Assembly: GCF_006345805.1 (NCBI RefSeq)
Contig: NC_042997.1
Coordinates: 193,688,001 to 193,752,000, forward strand
DNA: 64,000 nt
Reading direction: 5' to 3'
Origin: Octopus sinensis
Lineage: Eukaryota
Positions 1 to 12,229 of the stretch are shown piece after piece; position 1 is the stretch's first letter, and the number at the start of each line of letters is the position of its first letter. The position numbers and the translations under genes were made by a program. Below the pieces are notes generated by a model. That model was given only the letters and a program-made list of their open reading frames with translations, had not been told where the DNA came from and ran no database searches.

Positions 1-169
1 TTTTTATGAGTGACTTTTAGCAGTTCTATTTATTCTAGCCTCAACCTGATGAGATATTTTCTCAATCTTATTTGATCATACTACTACTATACATACATAC
101 ATACATACATACATACATACATACATACATACATACATACATACATACATACATACGCAGACACACACA

Positions 170-330
170 GAATCTTAAAACAGAACACCAAGACGGGTCG
201 AAATCAGAACAGGGTGTATTAGTTTAACGCTCAGGAAAAACGGAAAAAGTCTGTAACGTTTCGAGCCAACGCCCTCCTACAGAAAGGAAAGATGAAGAGA
301 AAAAATACGTGTCTGAATTTAACGGTCAAA
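170..330 (+). repeat. Short interspersed repeat, family P (possibly Penelope-like terminal repeat)
   Basis: Motif GTGTATTAGTTTAACGCTCAGG...ACGTTTCGAGCC.ACGC recurs at ~31850-32040 (+), 33901-33973 (-), 46244-46432 (-) and, degenerate, ~47500-47610. The class assignment is inference. Confidence 0.55.
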
Positions 331-1883
331 GCATATGTGTATGTATCATTCAACCACGTTACAGACTTTTTCCGTTTTTCCTGATTGAATATATTCTTAA
401 GTCCACTATTTCGTCAATCGCAGCAGCTTCCATGCTTCACCACTAATTCAGTTCTAAACTACATTGCAAGCTGTCAATAGTTTTAAAGAGGACACTCTCA
501 GCTACACTTTGGCATAAATAGTTTTAGATTTGTTCTGTAAAAAAAAGATACATCAAAATATCTGTGACCTCAAGGGAGGGGGGAGTAAGGCAGATATTCA
601 TCTTCAATTAACATAAATTTTTAAATTTTAAATTAAAAGTCTACCTTTCTTAGGCTTAAATGATAGAAAAATGCACGAGGAATTCAGAATCGCTAGTCGC
701 ATTGAACAAAAATTAGTAGAAAAGTGTTATGAAGTAAATTGTTACGAAATTTCATGTCAGTCAGTAAGGAAGTAAGGTAGTAACGCTTCAGCAATAAGAA
801 TAAAGAATATATTTCTAAAATGAACGCTTGCTTTCTAAGTCGACGAGCTGGTAGAAACGTTAACGCACCGGGCGAAATTCTAAACGGTAATTCGTCTGTC
901 TTTACGGTTTTTTTTTTTTGAGATTACTTAATTAATATTTTAAAACTAAACACTTTCAAACTTCCGATACTGGTAGAATGTGTCACATAGAACAGGGTTT
1001 ACTCTTAACGTTTTTGACAAAACTTTGTATTTTAGAAGTTATTCCGTCAGAAGTTAGAGTGACAATGGACAAATACAGCCAATATAGCTTTTGACTTGTT
1101 CTTTAACTTCTGCCAATGATATATATACATATTACATATATGAGTAAAAAACATCTCATCACGCAATCGAACCAATGAAAGAGCCTCTACTTGGCCGCTC
1201 GACACGCTAAAAACAGCAGCCAAAGTATTCTCCTACCTATATTACACGCCCATTGTATGTAATGTCCTAGATTATCCCTAAAAAGACGGTTTGCTGAAGG
1301 CTGGAATGTCTTTGATGATACGTTTGCTGTATCAGGATTTATTTGAGGCTAGATAACAACATTATGGTCAATTTCTATATTAACACCCGCACGATTTTCA
1401 CTAAGAAAAAAGAAATTGATTTTTTGCGTGAAATCAAGTACCCTGACCTCCTAATATGCTGCAAATCCCTTATTTTGGTTGGGGAAAAATGAGGTGGGGG
1501 GTTACCCCCCCCCAATCCCGGAATCATTGGAATTTTTTTTTCGTTGAATGAATTCCTATGACCTCCTAATATTGTAAAATTAGGTTACTTAAGATAAGCC
1601 TAGTAAGTGATGGTTTTGGGGTCTTGTTGTTTGTAACTTATGGTGAGCCATGGTGCAAACAAACAACATGGTAAAAATTCCTGCCATTAATTTGGTGTGG
1701 ATGGGTAATATCAAATAATTCAATCACAACATATATTTAAATTAAACACGAAAAAAATTGATATATTATCATCACTTACATGGAAAAATTGAAATATTAT
1801 CTTTCAGTAGTTTATAAGGTAAAATCTTAAATTATTAATTGACACATTATTAATTATCTTATAACAGCAAAGCCTGGAAAAAT

Positions 1884-2415
1884 CATGCGTTACATGGAAA
1901 AATGCGAGCATGAAAAGTCATATTCTTGAGATTATAAATCTGGAAAAGGACAGGACAAGTTATTACACCTGTAAAAGTATAGAACAAGCTATTACCTCTA
2001 GTCAGGTAAAGAATAAGAAACTTTTTACTTAAAATATTACAGCTAAAATGAAAATTTGAATATTAAAACTTATTTTATTATAGTTTACAAATAACACTAT
2101 ACTTATTTTAGTAGAATTTGGCTAATTTACTTTCTTAAATACAGAAAAAAGTGACTAATTAGACAAACTTACAAATTAGGTGAACAATTTTGTACAATAA
2201 ATTTTAAAAGATGAAAACTGTAAGGAGTGATAAATTAAAAGAACTGGCATTCTTTGCTGCAATATTTTAAGTAAAAAGTTTCTTATTCTTTACTCTACTA
2301 GAAGTAATAGCTTGTCCTATACTTTTACAGGTGTAATAACTTGTCCTGTACTTTTCCATGTTTATACTCTTAAGAATATGACTTTTCATACTCACATTTT
2401 TCCATGTAATGTATG
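1884..2415. mobile_element. Old foldback/MITE-like element with ~165-bp inverted arms
   Basis: 1884-2050 is the imperfect reverse complement of 2248-2415 (e.g. TTATTACACCTGTAAAAGTATAG vs CTATACTTTTACAGGTGTAATAA). AT-rich spacer; no TSD recognised. Confidence 0.75.
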
Positions 2416-2427
2416 TAAATATGTATT

Positions 2428-2752
2428 GTGGGAAGGCGCGTGGGTTAGTGGCTGGGATATTCGGCTCACAATCGTAAGGTCGTGAGTTCAATTCCCGGCG
2501 ATGCGTTGTGTCTTTGAGTAAGTCCCTTTATTTCACATTGCTCCAGTCCACTCAGCTGGCAAAAATGAGTTGTACCTGTATTCCAAAGGGCCAGCCTTGT
2601 CACAATCTGTGTCACGCTGAATCTCTCGGAGAACTGCGTTAAGGGTACACGTGTCTGTGGAGTGTTCAACCACTTGCACGTTAATTTCACGAGCAGGCTG
2701 TTCCGTTGATCAAATCAGCCGGGACCCTCATCATCGTAACCGACGGAGTGGT
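2428..2752 (+). mobile_element. tRNA-derived SINE, family C'
   Basis: A-box/B-box-like head (GGGTTAGTGG...GAGTTCAATTCCC), a core TTGCTCCAGTCCACTCAGCTGGC, and a ~180-nt 3' tail shared with the family C copies at 11179 and 57787. Confidence 0.85.
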
Positions 2753-2770
2753 CCTTATACATACATACAT

Positions 2771-2846
<76 letters not shown>

Positions 2847-3244
2847 CTAGCAGTATCACCCGGCGTTGCTCGGGTTTGTAAGGGAAATAACTATATAAGC
2901 ATTTTTAGAGAGTTATAGCCAAAAAATAGCAAAAAAATGCATTAAAAATTGAAAAAAAATTAAGGTAAATTTTTTTTTTAAATCGTTGACACATCGTAGA
3001 TTTTTTTTAGAGAGTTACTTCCCTTATATAAAAGCGAAAAAATGCATTAAAATGGAAAAATATGATGGTAAATTTTTTTTAAATCCTAGACTCATCGTAG
3101 ACACGCGCTAATACCCAGAAGGGCTCGATATGAATCACGACTATAAGATACCCGCTTTTGGTTAAACTGCACCGCAAAATGTGGGAGTAGTTACGAATCT
3201 AAATCGTAGGAGACAGGACACACAACTTCACTCTTATATAAAGA
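2847..3244 (-). mobile_element. Non-autonomous Helitron-like element
   Basis: On the minus strand it starts A|TC (TCTTTATATAAG) and ends with the hairpin CCCGAGCAACGCCGGG followed by CTAG|T, the canonical Helitron termini. It contains an internal ~100-bp tandem duplication. Confidence 0.8.
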
Positions 3245-4150
3245 TGCTTTTTTTTTTCAGTCATAGAGTTAGATTTATGAAGGTCTTCAGTAGAAAATCC
3301 TTCGAATTCTGACTCGCTGCTTGATATAATGAAATTCGTATCCATTTTTTGTCAGAATTACAAATTTTGAAAACACAATAGGAACAAATTTCGGAAAAAA
3401 ATCTCCCATAATTCACGGAATTAAAATTACACTTCGATTTTTGTACAAAACTGTATTTGAAGTGTTTACGAAGTATAATACGTGTTTTCACGAATGTACT
3501 AAAGAGATTTGCTCTGATATTCTCATTTAAAAATGAATAGGTAAATTCGGGAGTTTTGGTAACGAAAGGGTTTATATAAGTGTCGTCTGTTTATACATAA
3601 ACACTGTTTCATACTTTCAGTTTAGTCTTCCTCAAATCACTTTGTCGCTATTTACTCTCTTCCAAGAACATTTTCACTCACTCTTATCTGTTAGCTTGCC
3701 ATACATTTTACTCATGTATCTATCAGCGTGATAGACAGAAACAAATATTACATCTAGTTTCACTTTATTCGTTGCACACTGTGTGTGTGCGTTTGCGTGT
3801 GCTGTAAACCAGACTAAGAAAAGCATTTGACATACACACCAGAATGTGAGTTTTCTGTAAATTTTGCTTAATTGGAGTTTAAATTTTAAAAACTGGACCT
3901 GGCAAAACCCGATGCATTCTACTCTTAAAAATGCTAGGTAAATTGTAATTGAAGAAATCCTATATTGTAGATTTCTATAACTGACAAAGGGAGGCAGATA
4001 AAATCTGCCTTTTATAATAAGAGATATATAGATAGATAGATAGATATATAGATAGATAGATAGATAGATTGGTAGATAGATAGAGATACGTGTGTATATG
4101 TTTGTATATATATATGTGTGTGTGTGCTTGTGTGTGTACGTATGTGTGTA

Positions 4151-4183
<33 letters not shown>

Positions 4184-4649
4184 GTGTACATGTGCGTATG
4201 TGAAATTTCTGTGCATACACATTTACATATAACGGCGAGCGCATACACATACATACCTTATTTCACACATTCACATACGAATACTTGTACGCGCGCACGC
4301 ACACATACATACAGTGGAGGCGCGTTGCCTAGTGCTAGGGGCAATAGCTTCACGATAAATTAGTCGAAGGTTCAATTCCTGTATCAGGGTGCTCCCTTAT
4401 GCCCTTTGAGCTATGCACTTCATTTCTTAATGTTCTAACATACTCAGCTGAAAGTGAGCATCATCTGAATTCTGGTGCAAGCCCCTTTCCTTCTAGCCAT
4501 CATATCCTTGAAATTTCGTTGATTCAAAGGGTCAGCAGCTACTGCTGCTGCTAATGTTGTTGCTTCTGTTGCTGTTGCTGTTAAGCGAAGTGGTCTTCGC
4601 CCCAGAGCTCGCAGTGGGAGAAGTCCGAATCGTGGTCCTTTTGCTATTC

Positions 4650-4797
4650 GTAAGACCCGTAGAAGAGAAAGCCGGAGCCTCGTGGAGCTTTAGGTGTTTT
4701 CGCTCAATAAACACACACAACGCCCGGTCTGGGAATCGAAACTGCGATCCTCCAGCCGCAAGTTCGCAGCACTAACCATTAGGCCATTGTACCTCCA
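4650..4797 (-). mobile_element. SINE family C, 5' part
   Basis: Matches the head of the 11179 and 57787 copies (GTTTCGATTCCCAGACCGGGCGTTGTG...AAAACACCTAAAGCTCCACGAGGCTCCGGC). Confidence 0.8.
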
Positions 4798-5044
4798 CTG
4801 TTGTTGCTGCTGGTTTCATATCAGCCATGATCGAAAACAAAAAAACTATGACCAAATGTATCTCTGATTTGACCACCCTACCTTAATTTCTATAGGCATA
4901 GTGTACCTTGGGTTACATCAGCCAATATCTTCATTATTAATTTTTAACCGCTAAGGTGTGATTTCGAGTGAGGTTTGGCTGCTATTTCTAACAGGTCAAA
5001 ACTCCAGATAGACCCTTCCTTTTGCATTACTATAATTTTGCATA

Positions 5045-5860
5045 TCACAGACATCTGTAGACACCTATGCACGTAGATGCATACAGACATACATGAGTTC
5101 TGCATACATGCATACAATCATATATGTATACAGACATACATGCATACTCACGTACATGTATATATATACATACATGCATATACTCATCCACGCATGTATT
5201 CATACATGCATACATACATGTATATATATATACAAGCATGCATGTTTACATACATGGATATATACAAACATGCATACACATATATATGCATATAGCAAAC
5301 ATGCGTAAGCACATACATGTATATATACAAACATGTATACACGCATACATACATGTACTAAACACGCATACGCACATACATGTGTATATACATGCATATA
5401 CACACACAATTATGCATATACACATCCACGCATGCATTCATACATGCATACATACATGTATATATACACAAGCATGCATGTATACATATATATATACAAA
5501 CATGTATTCATACATGCATGTAGCAAACACGTATACGCACATACATGTGCATATACATGCACAATTATGCATATACACATCCACGCATGTATTCATACAC
5601 GCATACATGTATATATACACAAGCATGCATGTATACATATATATATACAAACATGCATACACATATAAATGCATATAGCAAACATGCATAAGCACATACA
5701 TGTATATATATAACCATGTATACGCACATATATGCATATAGCAAACATGCATAAGCACATACATGTATATATATAACCATGTATACGCACATATATGCAT
5801 GTAGCAAACACACATACGCACATACATGTATATATACATGCATATACACGCACAATTATG
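5045..5860. repeat. Compound (TACA/CATG) microsatellite with higher-order repeat blocks
   Basis: Blocks such as CACAATTATGCATATACACATCCACGCATG recur at ~5405 and ~5560; source of many spurious H/T/Y/I ORFs. Confidence 0.9.
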
Positions 5861-6139
5861 GTGGAGCATCTCCCCCACCAAATTTGGTCCGTTTCCATAG
5901 TCTGTAGACGTATTCCTTTTGTAATATACCTTTCCGTCTCTCCCAGACGGTGTCAGTTCGTTCTACGAATTACTCCCGAAATCTTTCTCTTCATATTATA
6001 CATTCATCTGGTTTTAAATATATCCAGATGACTGAAGTTATTAAACAACACATACACACACACACACACACATGCGCACATATATAGACGCGCGCACACG
6101 CATAATATTTTATATATTAGATAAGAACTACTCCATTCT

Positions 6140-6385
6140 AATACATATGTATGAATGTATGTATTGTACGTATGCATGAACGCATATATATATGCGTATA
6201 TATGTATATATGTATATATATACATATATATATATATATTCAAATATGCATATGCATATACATATATATATATTTATATATGAGATTGGAACTACATTAT
6301 TCTGACACATACATATATATATATATGTAAACCTGCCTTCGTCTTTTGTCTATTTTCATAAAGCTTCCCGTTAGATATATATATA

Positions 6386-6437
<52 letters not shown>

Positions 6438-6457
6438 GTATATATATGTATATGTAA

Positions 6458-6496
<39 letters not shown>

Positions 6497-6657
6497 GTAT
6501 ATGTATATATATATGTATATGTATATATATATGTATATGTATATATATATATGTATATATATATATATAATATATATATATATATGTATATGTATATATA
6601 TATATATGCGTGTGTCAGAATAATGTAGTTCTAATCTAATATATAAATACATGTATA

Positions 6658-6725
<68 letters not shown>

Positions 6726-6893
6726 CATATATATATACACATACATATATACATATATATATTCATATATTAGATTAGAACTATATTCTGACACAAGTAT
6801 ATACATACGTGATGGTATTTTAATAATACCATCCCTTCTTATATTTATATATATACGTATATATGTATATATATATATATATATACGCATATA

Positions 6894-6934
<41 letters not shown>

Positions 6935-6984
6935 CGTATATATATCTATATCTGTATATATATTTGTATCTTTTCGTATATATA

Positions 6985-7019
<35 letters not shown>

Positions 7020-7100
7020 TACACACGCACACACACACACATATATATATATAGGTGCATATATGAAGGCGAGCGTATATGTGTACATGTGTATTTGAGT
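6140..7100. repeat. Long (AT)n/(ATGT)n/(CA)n microsatellite field
   Basis: Directly visible. Confidence 0.95.
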
Positions 7101-7678
7101 ATATATGTACGTGCTCTTTATATATACACTGACATTAGTGGTTCTGCTCGTTTGTTTGTGCTTGTAAGAGTCTATGCCTATCTAGTTCCCTGTTCGACTC
7201 ATAAATGCTGGAAACAGCAAAACTAACATATTTAATTCAGAAAAGGAGAATTTTCAATAATGTTTACTGAAATATAATTTGCGACTTCATTATTTATTTA
7301 TACTGCTTTATTTCAAAATGATGCCTGATAGGGAAGGTAATATCATGGTAGGAATATTTAAACACCGGACTAAATACCTTGTAACTAAATACCTTGTGGT
7401 ATTTAGTTATATTCTTCTACCTTTGGATTTAAAATATCGCAGGGATTGACTTTATTGTTATGAATATGTTGGTCTGCTCTTGTTGAAGAAGTTATTCACC
7501 TGGAATTGAATTTCTATGCGAGAGGATTTAAACGTAAAATTGAATGTACTGGCATATACAAGCCATTACACAGGTCATGTAATCAGGAGCGGTGTCCTCA
7601 GTAGCTTATAACGTGGGTTGAATCGATTGGGTAATTTTAGTCTGAGACTGAGGACTGAGCATTGAAGAGGGAATTTAC

Positions 7679-8124
7679 TGATCTTTTCGGTTTGAACGGC
7701 AGTTTTTAACATAATTTCTAGGTAACTAAAAAATTTTAAACTTCGTATACTGGTAGAATGTGTTTATAAAACATCTTTTTCTCTTGGCTATATTGAGAAA
7801 ATTCTATAGTTTGTAAGATATTTGTTGTTTTTTTTCTTCAATTTCTGCAATTTCAACCAATCACTGACGTCTTTTGAGGTAAAAAACATTTTGTGTCGTA
7901 TGAATATGTCCCTCGTTTAAGAAACAGATTGGGTTTCTTTACATTTATGAAGAAAAAAAAGATACCCTTCCCCCCACCTCTAACCCTAACTCCAACCCTA
8001 ACTAACCCTAACCCTAACCCTAAAACAGATTGAAATGCAATAGATCGATACTAGGGTCATAATTATGGGTGACAATTTCATATGACACCGCTAGAAAAAA
8101 CTGCCGTTCAAACAGAAAAGATCC
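7679..8124. mobile_element. MITE, Merlin-like, copy 1
   Basis: TIRs (T)GATCTTTTCGGTTTGAACGGCAGTTTTT / AAAAAACTGCCGTTCAAACAGAAAAGATCC; internal (CCCTAA)n; highly similar to 8859-9274; TSD degenerate. Confidence 0.8.
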
Positions 8125-8858
8125 GGAATAACTTCTCTACAGCGACAGGAAGAACTGATATCAAGTGAGCAACTTGCTAGTTTTACAAGGCTGACACTGT
8201 TTAGAATGATGAGGTTTTTTTTCCTTATTGAAGTCTACATCATGGTTGCAATGATTTTGTCAGATAAAAAGCTATTGTCAGAATAATAACGATCGATTTC
8301 TCGGCTGGTTGCTGAATACTTCTGTTAAATCGCCAATTCGTGCAATCTCGCATTTCTGTAAAATGAAAGAAAAATCCCCAAAAGGTTTTCAACTATATCA
8401 AAGAAGATATACGAGTTTTCACTGAACATTCCAGTTTTATGCTTGAAAAGAAATGATGTATTTTATCTGACCAATAATACAGTAGTTTGTAGGCGGAATA
8501 TGCACTGAATAGTACATAGTGTTATAGGAATACTAGCAGTGGTTTAGCTAATAGGGCAGCAAGGGGAACGACCGCCACCCCCTTCTGAACACATTTTTCA
8601 AAATTGGTGCCTTTTCAACATTAAAAAAACAAAACTTTTTAGTTCACTCGTGCAACAAAAGTCGGATCTGATTTTTCTTTTTTTTTCGTTAATCACATGA
8701 CCTCGGAAGAACTTTCTTGAGTCATTAATTTATTTGATCAACGGCCATGTTTTTGAACTGTCTGCTTGATCTTCTGTGATGAGTTGGTGGCCGTTGACAT
8801 CTGAAGAACCAAAACTAAAATAGAAAGATAAATTCATTGATCCAGTACTGTACTGGAC

Positions 8859-9274
8859 GGATCTTTTCGGTTTGAACGGCAGTTTTTAACATAACTTCTA
8901 GGTAACTAAAAAATTTTAAACTTCGTATTCTGGTAGAATGTGTTTATAAAACATCTTTTTCTCTTGCCTATAGTGAGAAAATTCTATAGTTTGTAAGATA
9001 TTTGTTGTTTTTTTCTTCAATTTCTGCAATTTCAATCAATCGCTGACGTCTATTGCGGTAAAAAACATTCTGTGCCGTATGAATATGTCCCTCGTTTAAG
9101 AAACAGATTGGGTTTATTTACATTTGTGAAGAAAAAAAGATACCTTTCCCCCCACCCCTAACCCTAACCCTAAAACAAATTGAAATGCAATAGATCGATA
9201 CTAGGGTCATAATTATGGGTGACGATTTCATATGACACCGCTTGAAAAAACTGCCGTTCAAATCGAAAAGATCC
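8859..9274. mobile_element. MITE, Merlin-like, copy 2
   Basis: ~29-bp TIRs starting GGATC and a perfect 8-bp TSD TACTGGAC (8851-8858, 9275-9282). GG-initiated TIRs with 8-9-bp TSDs typify the Merlin superfamily; hAT or P is not excluded. Confidence 0.85.
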
Positions 9275-9499
9275 TACTGGACAAATGAATTAATCATTCC
9301 ATAACTGTTTGGATGTTGACTCTGAAGTGCCTTCGACGTTCTCTCTGGCAGTTTGCTCATTATCCTTTTCTTTAATCTACTCCTCTTCATCACACACGAT
9401 GGCGTAATACTGTTGAAAGAAGGACCTCCTTGCTGATTGCTTCTGAAACAGAGGGTAAGGTGGGTTATTCTTATCTATGGGTAAGATGTTAGTCCAGCT

Positions 9500-9700
9500 A
9501 GACGGCGAGCTGGCAGAAACGTTAGCACGTCGGGCGAAATGTTGAGCAGTATTTCGTCTGCCGTTACGTTCTGAGTTCAAATTCCGCCGAGGTCGACTTT
9601 GCCTTTCATCCTTTCGGGGTCGATAAATTAAGTACCACTTGAGTTCTGGGGTCGATGTAATCGACTTAATACCTTTATCTGTCCTTGTTTGTTCCCTCTG
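9500..9700 (+). mobile_element. tRNA-like SINE, family B with T-type tail (3' truncated)
   Basis: GGCGAGCTGGCAGAAACGTTAGCACG...GAGTTCAAATTCCGCCGAGGTCGAC...TCTGTCCTTGTTTGTTCCCTCTG. Confidence 0.9.
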
Positions 9701-10530
9701 TCAGAGCTTTCTGGATTTGATCCTTCAGAGGCACAGAAAATCCACTTTCCCTTCGAGGCAAAGGAGATAAATTTTCTCGTGGTTTTCGTGCAATGAGGCA
9801 GAGTCCCTTTTACACATTTCTGTCACTATTTCCTATTTCGGAGCATGTTTTAGCATAAATACAATGTCAATATTAACGGTAGTTTTGACAAGACTGATTG
9901 GCAAATAATAGTTAGCATCAGTGTGTAGGTGTCAAAGCTGTTGTTAATGTTGCTTTTGCCGATCACGTTTTAAAAAACCACTTCGCTGCTAGTATCTTTC
10001 TTTTAAAAAACTGAACGCTTTCCGCTCGAAACTTTGAGTGTTCCGCTGCAAAGAAAGCCGTTCGTATATTTTGCTTCGCGACTGCAAAAAAAACGTTCCT
10101 TCCCGTTTTTGTTTAGTCGGGCGTTTGTTTTCTCGTTGAATTATCGCAAATCAAGTTCAACCAAAGAACCTTTAAAACGTTCGAAAATTTTTATTTTTTT
10201 TCAAAATGTGACAAAAATCAATTAAATAAACTTCACTTGCCTCATAAAAAGGTTTACACGATACAACATGTAAAAATGTTATCCAATTTCTAAAGAACGT
10301 GTTAATATCCAACAACGTCAAGTTGAACCCACACGCAAAGTGTCCAATAAACTTCCCATTTTCAAAATGAAGCAAGAATTAATTAAATAAATTTCCCTAT
10401 TTTCTAAATAAGCTTACTCAAATAAAAAAAAATAAAAACATTTCATCCAAATTTTAAAAACATGTTAACGCCCAAATGATGCAGAGATGGCAGGCGTAAA
10501 TACGACCAATCTCAATGGAAACCAATTAAA

Positions 10531-10532
10531 AC

Positions 10533-10565
<33 letters not shown>

Positions 10566-10683
10566 GGTGGTGGTGGTGGTGGTAGTAGTAGTAGTAGTAG
10601 TGGTAGTAGTGGTAGTAGTAGTAGTAGTAATAGTAGTAATAGTAGTAGTAGTAGTAGTAGCAGTAGTGGTGGTGGTGGTGGTG

Positions 10684-10717
<34 letters not shown>

Positions 10718-10731
10718 CAGTAGTAGTAGTG
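10531..10731. repeat. (GTA)n/(GTG)n trinucleotide array
   Basis: Directly visible; abuts the 3' end of a minus-strand SINE-B. Confidence 0.95.
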
Positions 10732-10734
10732 GGC

Positions 10735-11165
10735 TCAAATTTTGGCACATGGCTAGCAATTTCAGGGGAGAGAATTAGTCGATTACACCGATTCCAATGC
10801 CTGACTCATACTTATTTTCCATCGATCCTGAAAGGACGAAAGCCAAGTTAGAAGCTCGGCAAAGTTTGAACTCAGAACGTAAAGTGCCGGAAGAAATGCT
10901 GCTCAGCGTGCTAAAGGTTCTACCAACGCGCTGCCTGAGTAATAATAATAATAATTGCTTCAAATTTTTGCAGAAGACCAGAAATTTTAGGTAGGGGACT
11001 AGTCGGTAACATCGACCCTAATTCTTGACAGATACTTTATTTTATTAAACCTGAAGGAGTGAAAAGAAAAGTTAATCTCGGCGGGATTTGAACTCAGAAC
11101 CTAACAAACTGCAAGAAATGCTGCCATGTAATTTGTTCGACGCGCTGGCGATTCTGCCAGCTTGT
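10735..11165 (-). mobile_element. Two degraded SINE-B copies (U-type tail) head-to-tail
   Basis: TTTGAACTCAGAAC B-box complement at ~10866 and ~11087; (AAT)n tail at ~10940-10955. Confidence 0.75.
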
Positions 11166-11178
11166 TATTGTTTTGTTT

Positions 11179-11542
11179 GTGGAGGCGCAATGGCAGCGGA
11201 CTCGCGGTCATAGGATCGCAGTTTCGATTCCCAGACCGGGCGTTGTGAGTGTTTATTAAGTGAAAACACCTAAAACTCCACGAGGCTCCGGCAGGGGATG
11301 GTGATGATCCCTGCTGTACTCTTTCACCACAACTTTCTCTCACTCTAACTTCCTGTTTCTGTTGTACCTGTATTTCAAAGGGCCAGCCTTGTCACTCTGT
11401 GTCACGCTGAATCTCCTCGAGAACTACGTTAAGGGTACACGTGTCTGTGGAGTGCTCAGCCACTTACACGTTAATTTTACGAGCAGGCTGTTCCGTTGAT
11501 TCGGATCAACCGGAACCCTCGTCGTCGTAACCGACGGAGTGC
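11179..11542 (+). mobile_element. tRNA-derived SINE, family C
   Basis: Head GGAGGCGCAATGGC..GGACTCGCGGTC..GTTTCGATTCCC; near-identical to the reverse complement of 57787-58167. Confidence 0.9.
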
Positions 11543-11800
11543 TTCCATATTGTTTTGTTTCAGAGCTTGACGCGAAGTAGTGCCGCATTAAATGAGAAAT
11601 CATATATAATCTTGTTCTTCCACTAGTAAGTGCAGCTCAGTGTTCAGTTTTGTTTGTTCTCATTAGAACAAACTGTGGCAATAATCATCCGGTCGAACTG
11701 CTTGCGCGGATTCCCGTGACTCTCTCTCTCTCTCTCTCTCTCCACCCGACTCTATTATTCATATTTGAATAGGGAGCTGGAGTCATAATGAATCTTTCAA

Positions 11801-11832
11801 TAGCGCAGGAGTGGTTGTGTGGTAAGTAGCTT
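11801..11832 (+). mobile_element. SINE-A 5' head fragment (left half of the SINE split by the Tx1 LINE)
   Basis: GCGCAGGAGTGGTTGTGTGGTAAGTAGCTT matches the first ~30 nt of intact SINE-A copies (38338, 49866, 52012, and 20829 on the minus strand). Confidence 0.9.
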
Positions 11833-12229
11833 TGCTAACCTCACTGACAGAAGAGTGACTTTGCCTACCGTACTACGGTTTGGACGCGTTTTCTTCCCGG
11901 TAAGAGTTTTGCTGTGTTGTTAATTGTTGAATTCCTACTACTGAAAATTTGCCTTTAAACGTTGCTGAACTGTCTTGTTCTCCGGTTTTACCGGGAAATA
12001 ATTGAATAATTTCTTACCGTTGAACTGTTAGCCACTGTGGCTTTTTATTTACGTGACTATACATAGTCCTGCCAGACTATTTTCGTGCCCCTCCCCCGAA
12101 TGGGGGTGGGAATTGGAATTTTTGAACTGCTTTTTTGAACTACTTTGGAAGAAAAACTTTCTATAGGTTTCCCAGTTTTGTGGGAAATCAATACTCGTAA
12201 TTTTTGTGTTGTCTAATTTCAACAGAATA

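Noticed and set aside
3255-3340. Minus-strand peptide MDTNFIISSSESEFEGFSTEDL resembling acidic transposase termini
   Set aside because: Too short and low-complexity to assign.
3674-7088. Many 60-180 aa ORFs rich in H/T/Y/I/C/V (also at 24.4-25.8, 33.7-36.9, 38-41.9, 44-46 and 51-53 kb)
   Set aside because: They are translations of (CA)n, (TA)n and (CATA)n microsatellites, which lack stop codons in some frames.
7977-8023. (CCCTAA)n as a chromosome end or fusion site
   Set aside because: Short and internal to a MITE present twice.
9300-9470. Open minus-strand frame after a TTTCAG acceptor-like site
   Set aside because: No donor site, no recognisable domain, and it runs into a MITE insertion.
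10512-10851. Poly-Thr, poly-Leu/Pro and poly-Val ORFs
   Set aside because: Trinucleotide array at a SINE tail.
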